DNA of 64,000 nucleotides from contig OZ244160.1 in the NCBI GenBank assembly GCA_965216325.1, positions 1,984,001 through 2,048,000 of the forward strand, given 5' to 3'. Every line of letters begins with the position of its first letter. Position 1 is the first letter of the stretch. The translations under genes were made by a program, and so were the position numbers. Source of the stretch: Coraliomargarita sp. (GTDB lineage: Bacteria; Verrucomicrobiota; Verrucomicrobiia; Opitutales; Coraliomargaritaceae). Under the pieces are notes generated by a model, which saw only the letters and a program-made list of their open reading frames with translations, was not told the DNA's origin and did not search any database. This document shows, piece after piece, positions 1 through 10,387 of this stretch.

Positions 1-899
1 TCGAAGCTCAGTAGGATGCGATGACGCAGGCAGTCGTTGGCGACAGCGCGGATGTCTTCGATGCTGACTAGGTCGCGTCCGTTCAACCATGCGTGTCCAC
101 GGGCGCACTTATCCAAGGCAATCGAGCCACGTGGGCTGACACCCACTTGAATGTATTTGGCAATCGTCTCGCTGGCTGCGCTTTGGCCGCGGGTGGCTGC
201 GATCAATTCGACGATATAGCGTTCCATTGGCTCGGCGATGCGGACCTTGCCGATCTCTTTACGCGCTTCGAAGACCACCGCTTGCGACATCGGGCTGCTG
301 CCTTCGGCGCTGCCGTGATTACTGCCTTCACCACGCACGAGGCGCACGATCTCTAATTCAGATGAGATATCCGGGTGAGAGATAAAGACGTGCATCAAGA
401 AACGGTCCATCTGCGCTTCGGGCAGGGGATAGGTGCCTTCCTGCTCGATCGGATTCTGGGTGGCCATCACCATGAAGAGCTCCGGCAGCTTGTGTGTGCT
501 GCCAGCGACAGTGATTTGCCGCTCTTCCATCGCTTCAAGTAATGCGGCCTGAACTTTCGCGGGTGCACGATTGATTTCGTCGGCGAGCACAATGTTGGCG
601 AAGATCGGCCCTTGTTGAAAGGCGAAGCGCTCACTGGACTGCTCGCCCAGATACATCTCGGATCCAGTGATGTCGGAGGGCAGTAAATCGGGTGTGAACT
701 GGACCCGGCTGAAGTCGGCCTCCATGTTTTTGGCCAGGCTTTTGACAGCTCGTGTCTTAGCGAGCCCCGGCAGGCCTTCGACGAGCACATTGCCATCGCA
801 GAGTAGGGTTAAGAGCAGTCGTTCAACAACCGCAGGCTGCCCGATGATCGACGCCTGCATGTGTTTTTGGAGTTCTAGGATTTGGTCACGGGCGGTCAT
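1..899 (-). CDS. moxR: MoxR family AAA+ ATPase (3' end outside window)
   Basis: Manual translation from ATG at 899: MTARDQILELQKHMQASIIGQ...VLVEGLPGLAKT (Walker A)...RVQFTPDLLPSDITG...LADEINRAPAKVQAALLEAMEE...ATQNPIEQEGTYPLPEAQMDRF. Absent from the ORF track because it runs off the edge. Confidence 0.92.
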   Translation of the reverse strand, partial: MTARDQILELQKHMQASIIGQPAVVERLLLTLLCDGNVLVEGLPGLAKTRAVKSLAKNMEADFSRVQFTPDLLPSDITGSEMYLGEQSSERFAFQQGPIFANIVLADEINRAPAKVQAALLEAMEERQITVAGSTHKLPELFMVMATQNPIEQEGTYPLPEAQMDRFLMHVFISHPDISSELEIVRLVRGEGSNHGSAEGSSPMSQAVVFEARKEIGKVRIAEPMERYIVELIAATRGQSAASETIAKYIQVGVSPRGSIALDKCARGHAWLNGRDLVSIEDIRAVANDCLRHRILLSF

Positions 900-965
900 A
901 AAAAATGGACGTGCTGTGCTGTATGAGTTTTGTAGAGTTTCCCTGAGCGATTTGACTTCACGAAG

Positions 966-1520
966 CTATTCTTCGAGTTGGGCAACAGTCGTGCTGAGCA
1001 TTTCGAATTTCTCATGGTCAAGCATTATGGTCCATTCACCTTGCTGCCTTCTAAAGCCTTGGACTTCGATTAGTTTAATTCCGTCGCTCGTGGTGAATTC
1101 GTATACGATGAATTTTTTCTTTTGGATCTCAGCAGTGACTCCCAGAACTTGCCAACTTGCTCCTGCCTGCTCTTCTCGAATTGAATTCATTTTTTCAAGT
1201 GAGACGTCTCCAACGATTCCAAATGCAGTCTTGAGTGCATTTCTATAAACTTCCTTCGGAGTGGTCTCACGGATTTCCGTGGAAGAATTCGCCCAGCCAA
1301 TAAGTGTAAAAACCTGCGGGATGTTTTTCTCTTCGGCGAGGACGGCTGCTTTCAGCACAAGCGCCTTGTAAGCTTCGAGATCTTCTGGGCACGCATGGTC
1401 AACAATATACTCAAAATCTAGCTCGAGTAGCGCGGAGAGACCTTCGTCGAACAAAATTTCAGGTTCTTTTGCGCAAACAAAACACTGTAGTGCTAGGAGG
1501 GTGACTAGGAGATGTTTCAT
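966..1520 (-). CDS. Hypothetical exported protein
   Basis: 184-aa ORF with N-terminal signal-like peptide; more AT-rich than neighbours; no recognised motif. Confidence 0.65.
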   Translation of the reverse strand: MKHLLVTLLALQCFVCAKEPEILFDEGLSALLELDFEYIVDHACPEDLEAYKALVLKAAVLAEEKNIPQVFTLIGWANSSTEIRETTPKEVYRNALKTAFGIVGDVSLEKMNSIREEQAGASWQVLGVTAEIQKKKFIVYEFTTSDGIKLIEVQGFRRQQGEWTIMLDHEKFEMLSTTVAQLEE

Positions 1521-1603
1521 CGTGAATGTGGAAGGTCTATTTTAGGTAACCCATTCTCTCAGGCCGTCAAAGCCCGTTTGTTTCTGTATCGGGCCTGTGG
1601 CAT

Positions 1604-2800
1604 TTATCCAAACCAGCCGAGGAAGGTGCGGATGATCAACGCGTTCGCGATATCGACGAAGAAGCCGCAGACCAGTGGCACTATAATGAAGGCTTTATGT
1701 GCTGCGCCGTAGCGTTTGGAGACTGCAGTCATATTGGCCATCGCAGTGGGAGTTGAGCCGAGCGATATTCCGCCGAATCCGGAGCAGATGACGGCGGCTT
1801 CGTAATCACGCCCCATCAAGCGGAAGATGACGAGCAGTGCGAATCCAAAGGCGAGCAGGAATTGCGCTGTTAGAATCCCGAGTATTGGGGCTGCTAAGTC
1901 GATTAGCGTCCAGAGTTGTAGGCTCATGAGTGACATTGCCAAGAACATGCCGAGTGCGACGTCTGAGATTAACGCAAGCGAGGGAGATCCGGCAGGCCAT
2001 TCGATTTGAGGGAAAATGCGCGGAATTGTATTGGTAATGATGATGCCGCCGAAGAGGCAGCAGACGAACATGGGCAGGTCCAAGCCAGCGGTTTCTAGAC
2101 CTTCTTGTATGAGCGCACCCAGAGTGAGGCACACGTTGAGGAAAAACCAAGAGCGCAGAATCGTGTGCATATCGATGCGCTTGTTCTCTTCTCCATGAAT
2201 CATGCCGACGTCGGGTTGTTTAGCAACTTCCGGTTCGAGCTTGTGGCGTTTGATCAAAATATTCGCGATGGGGCCTCCCATCAAAGAGGCGAGCACGAGA
2301 CCAAAGGTGGCGCATGCGATTCCAATCTCACTGGCGTTGGCGATGCCGTAGGTGTCGCGGAACTCGGGAGTCCACGCAATTGCGGTGCCGTGGCCACCGA
2401 TTAGTGAGGTGGTCCCGCCAAGGACTCCGACTGCAGGGTCGAGTCCAAATGCAGTTGCGACACCTACTCCGGTGAAGTTTTGTAAGAACATGTAGACCAC
2501 TGTTGCAGCGATCAGTATGATTAAGGGGAGGCCGCCAGCGATTAGGCTGCGGAGGTCTGAATTGAGCCCGATTCCTGCGAAGAAGTATACGAGCAAGACG
2601 TCGCGGGCAGCGAGATCGAAGGACAATTCGATGCCCGTGATCAGATAAAGCAGAAAGGTGAGTAGGCAAACCAGTAGCCCACTGCTGACTGGTTCGGGAA
2701 TATTAAACTGACGTAGCAGTGTGACTCGTTGGTTGAGCAATTTCCCGATGTAAAGGACAAGAATGCCAAGGTTGAAAGTCGTCAGTAGATCGATTTGCAT
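1604..2800 (-). CDS. gltS: Sodium/glutamate symporter (GltS family)
   Basis: 398-aa polytopic membrane protein with IPEPV, GGHGTA, ACATFGL..GGP, GSTPTAMANM and IVPLV motifs. Confidence 0.9.
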   Translation of the reverse strand: MQIDLLTTFNLGILVLYIGKLLNQRVTLLRQFNIPEPVSSGLLVCLLTFLLYLITGIELSFDLAARDVLLVYFFAGIGLNSDLRSLIAGGLPLIILIAATVVYMFLQNFTGVGVATAFGLDPAVGVLGGTTSLIGGHGTAIAWTPEFRDTYGIANASEIGIACATFGLVLASLMGGPIANILIKRHKLEPEVAKQPDVGMIHGEENKRIDMHTILRSWFFLNVCLTLGALIQEGLETAGLDLPMFVCCLFGGIIITNTIPRIFPQIEWPAGSPSLALISDVALGMFLAMSLMSLQLWTLIDLAAPILGILTAQFLLAFGFALLVIFRLMGRDYEAAVICSGFGGISLGSTPTAMANMTAVSKRYGAAHKAFIIVPLVCGFFVDIANALIIRTFLGWFG

Positions 2801-2844
2801 TTGTAGAGTAGTTAAGGCGTCTTCGTTTAGCAGTTGAGTTCTGT

Positions 2845-5800
2845 TTAGTCGTTTTTACGTATGCCGTGCAAGGTCGCATAAAAGGTCGGCACAATTATCA
2901 TTGTAAGCATGGTGCCAAATGCGAGTCCTGCCATAATAGTCACACTCATCGCGACCCAGAAGATATCCTGCACGAGTGGGGCGACCCCGAGCACGGTTGT
3001 TATGGCACCGAGCATCACCGGCCGTAGACGCGAAATGCCGGCATCGACCACCGAGTCGTAAGCTGACTTGCCGAGCTCGCCGTTGGCGTTGATTTCGTCG
3101 ATGAGCACGATTGCATTCTTGATCATCATTCCTGCCAGACTCATGGCCCCAAGTAGTGCCATGAACGAGAAGGGCTGCCTGAAGCCGAGCAGACCCAGTG
3201 TTATCCCGATGAGTGCTAGTGGGATCACTCCAAAGATGATCACCGGTGGTTTCCACGCGTTGAAGAGTGCGATGACGATAAAGAGCATGATCACAAAAGC
3301 TGGGATCATTCCTGGAATTAGCGACTCTTGTGAGTCGACGGTGCCAAATTGCTCTCCTCTCCATTCAAGCCGATAGCCCGGTGGCAGTGGGATCGCTTCA
3401 AATTCTTTTTGGACTTCAGCGAAGAGTGTCGGGAAGGTTACTTCGTTCGGCGCCGCTTGAACTGTAATCGCGCGGCGGCGGTTCCAGCGCACGATGATTG
3501 GATCTTCCCATTCTGCCGCGATGCCATTGACCACTTCATCGAGTGGCACTGTGTTTGGGCTGAGGGTGGGTCTTACCTGTAGAGTGTTGATGGTATCTGC
3601 AATGCGCTCACGTTCGGCCTGTTCGAAGCGCACGACGACTGGCTGCAGTTGGTCCCCTTCACGGTAGATGCCAACGGGGAGACCGTCATAGGCGGCCCGC
3701 GTGGCTTCGGCGATGTTGACGCGTGAGACGCCAGTCCAACGCCCACGATCGGAGTCGTAGTCGGCAACAATCTTGCGACTGCGTTGGCGCATGTCGGTGC
3801 GGATGTCTTTTGCCATCGGTGTTCCGCGCAGGATTTCCATGCCTTGATCGGCGAGCTCGCGTAGCACCTGAGGGTCAGCATTGGCTGGTCCGCTGAAGCG
3901 TGCCTCGAAGGGCCAGGTGAAGCCGGGGCCTGCGGTGTATTTGCGCACGCGAATCATTGCCTGTGGATTTTCCTCCTGCACCCATTGGTTACAGTCAGCG
4001 ACAAGCCGGTCGACGCTTTTAAGGTCTTTGGTATTTACGATGAGTTCACCGTAAGTTTGGTAGGGCAGCTCTGGGTCAACGGGGAGGTAGAAACGCGGTC
4101 CGCCGGAGCCGACGAACATACTTACGGACTCGACACTCTCATCTTTAAGGAGTCGGTCTTCGATCGGCTTGAGGTCAGCGGCGACTTGTTGCGTGCGTGT
4201 GCCTTCGGGGGCCCAGTAGTTGACCATAAATTGTGCGCGTGTGGCATCGGTGAAGAAGACGCGGTCGACATACTTGAAGCCGAAGATTGCAACCAGGAAG
4301 GCCAAATATACTCCCCCCATCACCAAGTAGCGGTGCTTGATTGAGCCCTCTAGTAGCTTGCGGTATCCGCGGAAGAAACGGCTGTTGTATTCGTCCACCT
4401 CTTCGACGTCTTCGCTCGACTTGGACGGCTTGAGCATCGCCATGCATTGGAGTGGTGTGAAGGTGAGCGCGATTAGCCAGCTAAAGAGCAGCGAGATGCC
4501 CACAACTACGAAAAGTGCGCCAGCATACTCACCCGCATCGGCTGTCGCAGAATAAATGGGGTAGAATGCCATGACCGCAATGAAGGTCGCACCGAGCAGT
4601 GGAATGGCAGGGCGGGCTGCGGCGTTGAGCGCAGCTTCGCGGGGTGCGACGCCTTTTCGGAGAGCCACTGCGTAGTTGTCCGCGACCACGATCGCGTTAT
4701 CGACCATCATGCCGAGGGCGATGACCAATGAGCCCAGAGAGACTCGGTGAAGATCGATTTCCATGACCGCCATCACAATAAAGGTTCCAAGGATGGTGAG
4801 CACCAGTGCGGTGCCAATGATGATGCCCATGCGCAGTCCCATGCCGATCGCGACCACGATGAGCACAATCGCAATCGCTTCCAGTAGGTTGACCATGAAG
4901 CCGTTGATGGAATCCTCGACCAGTTTTGACTGCCATGCGATGCGTTCGACTTCGATGCCCACGGGGAGGTGTGGCAGGATTTCTTCTAGAGCACTCTCGA
5001 GTGCTTTGCCTGTGTCGAGAATGTTGCCGCCAGTGACGTTGGCGATCGATAGCGCTAGGGCTGGCTGGCCGTTGAAGCGCATTTGTGTCATCGGTGGTTC
5101 CAAATAGCCGCGTCGAACGGTTGCCACGTCACGCACGCGGATGATCTCTTTGAACTCGCCTACAGGAGTCAGGGGTTCTGCGGCCGGAATACTTGAGAGC
5201 ACAGAAGGGAAATCCGCATAGATTGGCAGGTTTTCGATGGTTTCGATAGAGTCAAGGTCACCCGTTATTTGGATGCGCATACGCTGGTCTTGCATCTCTA
5301 TTGCGCCCGCATCCAACACTAGGTTCTGTGCTGTTAGATTAGCAAGTAAGGTGTCGGACGAAATGCCGAGTTGGTTCATTTGCTGTTCCGAGACATCTAC
5401 ATAAATGACCTTTGGCTGCACCCCCCAGAGTTCGACGCGACTGACACCGGGCACTAGATTGAGTTCTTTTCGTATGGCTTTGGTGTAATCCTCGAGTTCT
5501 GCGTAGCTGTAGCCGTCTCCAGTCACTGAAAGCACGAATCCATAGACAAAGCTAAAGTCGTCCATGACATTGGGTTTGCCGCTGCCGGGGGGTAATTGTG
5601 GGCGAATGTCGCGAATCTTCTTGCGCATCTCATCCCAGACTTGTGGCAGTCGGTCGGCCCAATATTCCTGCTTGATGTCGACCTTGATGACAGAGAGCCC
5701 AGCTTTGGACAGGGAATACACGAAGCGCATCTGCGGCATTTCTTGCAGGGCTTCTTCGATTTTGTTGGTGACTTCCTGCTCAACTTCTTCAGGCGATGCG

Positions 5801-5961
5801 CCCGGATAGTTCGTCACAATGACTGCGGTCTTTACGGTAAAGTCGGGGTCTTCCAGTTTGCCGAGGCCGAAGTAACTTGCGATACCGCCGATAAAAATCA
5901 GGATCGCGGCGAAGTAAGTGACTGTCTTGTTGGTGATGGCGTAATCAACGAGCTTTTGCAT
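2845..5961 (-). CDS. RND efflux permease (AcrB/AcrD/AcrF family)
   Basis: About 1038 aa from MQKLVDY; YPGASPEEVE, ALGMMVDNAIVV, GMMIKNAIVLID and RLRPV motifs. Confidence 0.92.
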   Translation of the reverse strand: MQKLVDYAITNKTVTYFAAILIFIGGIASYFGLGKLEDPDFTVKTAVIVTNYPGASPEEVEQEVTNKIEEALQEMPQMRFVYSLSKAGLSVIKVDIKQEYWADRLPQVWDEMRKKIRDIRPQLPPGSGKPNVMDDFSFVYGFVLSVTGDGYSYAELEDYTKAIRKELNLVPGVSRVELWGVQPKVIYVDVSEQQMNQLGISSDTLLANLTAQNLVLDAGAIEMQDQRMRIQITGDLDSIETIENLPIYADFPSVLSSIPAAEPLTPVGEFKEIIRVRDVATVRRGYLEPPMTQMRFNGQPALALSIANVTGGNILDTGKALESALEEILPHLPVGIEVERIAWQSKLVEDSINGFMVNLLEAIAIVLIVVAIGMGLRMGIIIGTALVLTILGTFIVMAVMEIDLHRVSLGSLVIALGMMVDNAIVVADNYAVALRKGVAPREAALNAAARPAIPLLGATFIAVMAFYPIYSATADAGEYAGALFVVVGISLLFSWLIALTFTPLQCMAMLKPSKSSEDVEEVDEYNSRFFRGYRKLLEGSIKHRYLVMGGVYLAFLVAIFGFKYVDRVFFTDATRAQFMVNYWAPEGTRTQQVAADLKPIEDRLLKDESVESVSMFVGSGGPRFYLPVDPELPYQTYGELIVNTKDLKSVDRLVADCNQWVQEENPQAMIRVRKYTAGPGFTWPFEARFSGPANADPQVLRELADQGMEILRGTPMAKDIRTDMRQRSRKIVADYDSDRGRWTGVSRVNIAEATRAAYDGLPVGIYREGDQLQPVVVRFEQAERERIADTINTLQVRPTLSPNTVPLDEVVNGIAAEWEDPIIVRWNRRRAITVQAAPNEVTFPTLFAEVQKEFEAIPLPPGYRLEWRGEQFGTVDSQESLIPGMIPAFVIMLFIVIALFNAWKPPVIIFGVIPLALIGITLGLLGFRQPFSFMALLGAMSLAGMMIKNAIVLIDEINANGELGKSAYDSVVDAGISRLRPVMLGAITTVLGVAPLVQDIFWVAMSVTIMAGLAFGTMLTMIIVPTFYATLHGIRKND

Positions 5962-5980
5962 GAAATGTGGGGGGCTCGGA

Positions 5981-7048
5981 TTAAAGTTGTTCGTCCAGCA
6001 GGCGCACTGTTTGACCTTCGGTGAGCGAGTGCACTCCAGCGGTGACGACCCATTCGCCTGGCTTGAGGCCTTGAGTGGTGACCATGCCGTAGCGTGAGAA
6101 GCGGTCCACGCTGACTTGCCTTTGGTGAACGGTGCCAGTTGTTTCGTCAAAAATCCAAACGTAGGAGTCTTGCGATTCATTTGGAGAGAAAATGGCCGAA
6201 GCCATGATCGTGATGCCTTCGTCTAGGCGAGATGCTGGAAGTTCTGCGGTGATGCTCACTTGGCCTGCCATTCCTGCGAGGATTTGGGCGCTCTCGGGTT
6301 GGTCCATGCGTAGAGTTACTGGGTAAGTGCGTGTCGTGAGACTAGCTTCAGACCCGACTTCGGTGATCCATGCCGACACGGTCAGCCCCGGAAAAGCGGC
6401 AAACTGGACCTCGATGCTGGTTACATGCGGAACATCCGGGATCATACTTTCTGGCACATCGATCACCATCTCTACTTGCGAGATATCTAGAAGGCGCATG
6501 ACTCGTTGCTTCGCCAAGGTGTTTTCAAAATTTTCCAGATAACGCGCGACCACAGTGCCAGCGAACGGAGCCCTCAAGGTAGTGTCTTCCAGTTGTTTCT
6601 TAGCGATCTTGACCATCGCTTCAGCTGCATCAGCCGCTGCGGTGGCATCCGTTAGGTCCTGCTCCGCGACTGCGCGCGTTTCGAGTGCTTTGGCGATACG
6701 TTCCCGTTGAGCACTCGCCCGAATGAATTCGGCTTCCGCGCGAGCGAGGCTATTTGCGTAGTCGCGAGGATCCAGAGATGCCAGTTCCTGCCCTTCGTCT
6801 ACGGCATCACCGACACGCACCGGCATCGTGATTATCCGGCCAGGCACTTCAAATGCGACGGAGACTTCGCGTTTGGCTTTTGCTTTGCCGGTGAAGCTGA
6901 CTTTTGCCAAGCGGTCGGGTTTTCCGACCTGCATGGCTTTGACGGGGCGGATGCTTTCGGTTTCGGGCTCTGGTTTTGAGCAGGATGTGCAGATAACTGC
7001 AGAACAGAGTAAAAGCCATGTGGCTAAGGTAAGGCGATTTGATGGCAT
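5981..7048 (-). CDS. RND efflux periplasmic adaptor (membrane fusion protein)
   Basis: Lipoprotein-like N-terminus; LRAPFAGTV and GLKPGEWVVTAG motifs; directly upstream of the RND permease. Confidence 0.9.
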   Translation of the reverse strand: MPSNRLTLATWLLLCSAVICTSCSKPEPETESIRPVKAMQVGKPDRLAKVSFTGKAKAKREVSVAFEVPGRIITMPVRVGDAVDEGQELASLDPRDYANSLARAEAEFIRASAQRERIAKALETRAVAEQDLTDATAAADAAEAMVKIAKKQLEDTTLRAPFAGTVVARYLENFENTLAKQRVMRLLDISQVEMVIDVPESMIPDVPHVTSIEVQFAAFPGLTVSAWITEVGSEASLTTRTYPVTLRMDQPESAQILAGMAGQVSITAELPASRLDEGITIMASAIFSPNESQDSYVWIFDETTGTVHQRQVSVDRFSRYGMVTTQGLKPGEWVVTAGVHSLTEGQTVRLLDEQL

Positions 7049-7156
7049 CGGGCGGTTCCTCCGAGTGGTTGTGTGGAATGGTGAGTAGTTTAGAGTTGTT
7101 GTGTGGAATTTCAATTTCTGTGGAACATTTGCGATAAGCGAAGCATTCTGACCGAA

Positions 7157-8524
7157 CTAAAAGCTCACGGCGTAGTTAATAATCACGCGGAAATCGCGAA
7201 TGTCGCGCCCATCGACGCTACCGATGGCATCGCGTCGTGCATAACGGAGTCGGATCTTGAGCTTGTCGTAGTTGGGTGGGGCGTATTCGAGGTTGAGGTC
7301 GAGCTCGCGTTGGTCGGGGCTGGCGTTGCTACCGCTGTCGGGGGTGTTGCCATAGCCCCACTTGACGTTTGCGCTAAAAGGGTTGAGGTAGGGGCCGTCG
7401 AAATCGTAGCTAAGACTGGCACCGATTGAGGTCTCTTCGGCGCGGTCAAAGTCGGCGAGCATGATGGAGTTGAAGCTAGGTGAGCCGCCCCATGGTTTAC
7501 GGATATTGCCGCCCGAGCTGGTGTAGGTGGTTGCCAGTGCAGCGGTGAATTGACTAAAGGTATTGATGCACTTCAGCCCATAATGTTGAGTGCTGAAATC
7601 GCCGACGAGCTCGTCGCCGACGCTGTCCTGACTGGTGAACTGAAACGCGATATTCGTGGTAAAGCGATTGAAGAGTCGGCGGGTCTCGTTGGTTTCTAGA
7701 TAGAAGGTGTTGTAGATGTTGGGGGTGTAGAGGTTGACCACGCCGATGTTGAAGTCGTCGCTGAAATTGTAGTGAAAGCCAGCCGCAAACATGCCCTCAT
7801 TGCTGTCTTCGGCGCCTGCTTGCTCGGACATCGAGACGTAATCACTACTGTTGCGGAAGCGGATTTGATTCACATAGCCAAAGCCAAACTGTGCTGATTC
7901 AAATCCGTTGTAGAGCACGCTGTAGGCTTCGAATGAATTCGGAGTCATTCGAACGTCATTGGTGTTCAGATATGGTAGATCAAGCAATTGTAAGCCTAGG
8001 GTAACGTCGAGAGAGCCAGCTTTCAGGTCGAGGTAGGCCTCACCCAGCACCGAGTAGCTCTCCTGCTCGGGCTGTAGAAGCCCGGTTCCGTCTCGGGAAT
8101 CCGGACCGTAGAGCTTTTGTGAGGTGTAGGCGGATAAACTTACTGCAGCTAAGTTTTTATAATAGCCTGTGGTGAAGCTGAGATTGCCGCCAGTGGTAAG
8201 TGCCTCTACTTTGCGACCATTATCAAGGTCGGCATAGCGATAATAGGTCCGGGGGCGGAGCTCGTAGACCGCATCATCTACAAAACGTATGCCAGTTTTG
8301 GGGAACCACTCTCGTAGTTGCATTAAGTGCTTTTGTGGGTCGATGCGCTTGTTGTTGAAGCCCAGATTCTGTGTCGAGCTGGTCGAAGCCTCGGGTGCGC
8401 CTGGGGCCTGTGTGTTGGCGGAAACGTATTCGGGGAGGCCAGCCGCCAAGATACTCTGGCCCATGGAAAGCAGGGCCGCGCTTACAGCGCACAGGTGTGC
8501 AATCGTTCGTGGAACTCGAGTCAT
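7157..8524 (-). CDS. Outer membrane porin, OprD-like
   Basis: Signal peptide, beta-strand pattern, D-x-RMTPNSFEAY motif, C-terminal Phe. Confidence 0.7.
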   Translation of the reverse strand: MTRVPRTIAHLCAVSAALLSMGQSILAAGLPEYVSANTQAPGAPEASTSSTQNLGFNNKRIDPQKHLMQLREWFPKTGIRFVDDAVYELRPRTYYRYADLDNGRKVEALTTGGNLSFTTGYYKNLAAVSLSAYTSQKLYGPDSRDGTGLLQPEQESYSVLGEAYLDLKAGSLDVTLGLQLLDLPYLNTNDVRMTPNSFEAYSVLYNGFESAQFGFGYVNQIRFRNSSDYVSMSEQAGAEDSNEGMFAAGFHYNFSDDFNIGVVNLYTPNIYNTFYLETNETRRLFNRFTTNIAFQFTSQDSVGDELVGDFSTQHYGLKCINTFSQFTAALATTYTSSGGNIRKPWGGSPSFNSIMLADFDRAEETSIGASLSYDFDGPYLNPFSANVKWGYGNTPDSGSNASPDQRELDLNLEYAPPNYDKLKIRLRYARRDAIGSVDGRDIRDFRVIINYAVSF

Positions 8525-8657
8525 GCAGTCAGATGGGTTTGGGTAGCATGGAGTAGTATGGATTCCTTTGACAGGCTGTCAAAACTACGCCGTAAAAGTT
8601 TAGCTTTTTGTCCCTCCGCTGTTTGACGATGATCTAGAGCCAACTATCTGTGGTTAG

Positions 8658-10328
8658 ATGCTCGTTCGCTGCTTATTTTTTTTACTCGCGCCTGTGCTCT
8701 GTGCGTCTGCGGCACAACCGAAGTTGGTCTTACAAATTACGGTTGATCAATTACGTGGCGATCAGTTGACCCGTTTTGTGGATCGTATGCCGGAGGGCGG
8801 ATTTCGTTATTTTCTGGATCAGGGCCTAGTGTATGCGGATGCGCATCATCCGCATGCGAATACAGAAACGATCGTTGGGCATGCGACGCTGGCGACTGGT
8901 GCCTATCCCTCGGTGCATGGCATGATTGGCAATATTTGGTTTGATCGGGAGTCGGGGCAGACGACCTATAACATTGAAGATCCGAATTATTCGTTGCTGA
9001 CTGCGGATGCAGACGTGGATGATGCGACCGAAATCGATCCGACTCAGCGGGCGGCAAATACAGATGGACGCTCACCGATGGCATTATTGTCATCGACTTT
9101 TGCCGATGAGCTGGCGGTGCGCACCGCTGGTCGGGCCAAGATTTTTGGTGTTTCGGTTAAAGATCGCGGTGCGGTTTCCATGGCAGGTCATGCGGGCAAG
9201 GCGTTCTGGTTTTCCAAGCAAGCGGGCGAATTTGTCACCAGCACGTATTACTATGATGCCTATCCGGACTGGGTGGTGCAGTGGAATGCCGCGAAGCCGA
9301 CTGCACGCTATGCGGGAGAGTCGTGGACCTTGCTACATGAGCCTTCGACCTACCTCTATGCAGATCGCGATGATCAGCAGTGGGAAACGTCACTTCCTGG
9401 CTATGGGCGGACCTTCCCGCATGCCTTTGGCACTGCTGACAGCGGGGGCTTTACGACGTATCTGACGCTCAGTCCCGCGGGTGACCAGATGACCTTGGAA
9501 TTTGCCAAGGAATTGATTGAACAGGAGGGCATTGGAGATGATGCGGTGACGGACTACCTGTCAGTCAGTTTCTCATCGACGGACTATGTTGGTCACATTT
9601 TCGGGCCATCCAGTTTGGAGGCGGAGGACAATTTATTACAGCTTGATCGGATACTGGCTGACCTGCTGGCTTACATCGACGAGCGTATTGGTTTGGCTAA
9701 TACATTGATCGTGCTTTCGTCCGACCATGGTGGGCCGGAGGCGCCCGGTGCCTTGCAGGAGTTTGGATTTGGTGTGAACTATGTGGAGCCCGACTCTTGG
9801 GATAAGTCCGCTGCCTTTAAACGCTTGAAGGAGCGCTTTGGTGTCGGCGAAACACTGATAGAGACCTATGCGCACCCGTATGTGTATTTGAATCAGGATG
9901 CGATTCGTGAGCACCAACTGGATCCGGTTGAAGTGCAGCGTGCGGTGGCTGCGGAGCTGCATAAGTTCGAGGGGGTTGCGCTGGCAGTTGCCAGTCAGGA
10001 TTTAACCACGGGCAATGTGCCTGAGACTCCCTTGCACCGTGCGGTCTTGAATAATTACCATCTGAAGCGCTCGGGCGATGTCTATGTCGTCTACGAGCCA
10101 CAGTGGTTCATCGCTGACTTCGATGGCTTGCATGTGGCCTGCACGCATGGATCGCCCTGGCGTTACGATACCTATGTGCCGATCATTTTTGCGGGCGCTA
10201 AGGTTCAGCCGCAGACGGTCTACCGGCGTGTTGAAACCGTCGATATTGCCGCGACACTTTCTGCCTATCTCGGCATGCAGGCGCCGTCCGGCTGTGTCGG
10301 TCAGGTGCTCCCTGAAGTTTTTGAATAA
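8658..10328 (+). CDS. Alkaline phosphatase superfamily protein (PafA-like / nucleotide pyrophosphatase)
   Basis: ITVDQLRGD, TETIVGHAT (Thr nucleophile), KDRGA, DYVGH, SSDHG and HGS metal-ligand motifs. Confidence 0.88.
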   Translation: MLVRCLFFLLAPVLCASAAQPKLVLQITVDQLRGDQLTRFVDRMPEGGFRYFLDQGLVYADAHHPHANTETIVGHATLATGAYPSVHGMIGNIWFDRESGQTTYNIEDPNYSLLTADADVDDATEIDPTQRAANTDGRSPMALLSSTFADELAVRTAGRAKIFGVSVKDRGAVSMAGHAGKAFWFSKQAGEFVTSTYYYDAYPDWVVQWNAAKPTARYAGESWTLLHEPSTYLYADRDDQQWETSLPGYGRTFPHAFGTADSGGFTTYLTLSPAGDQMTLEFAKELIEQEGIGDDAVTDYLSVSFSSTDYVGHIFGPSSLEAEDNLLQLDRILADLLAYIDERIGLANTLIVLSSDHGGPEAPGALQEFGFGVNYVEPDSWDKSAAFKRLKERFGVGETLIETYAHPYVYLNQDAIREHQLDPVEVQRAVAAELHKFEGVALAVASQDLTTGNVPETPLHRAVLNNYHLKRSGDVYVVYEPQWFIADFDGLHVACTHGSPWRYDTYVPIIFAGAKVQPQTVYRRVETVDIAATLSAYLGMQAPSGCVGQVLPEVFE

Positions 10329-10387
10329 GTCTTTTGCCGCCTCTCTGCTTTGTAGGCGCGAATCTAAACCAACTAACACGAGTCGTA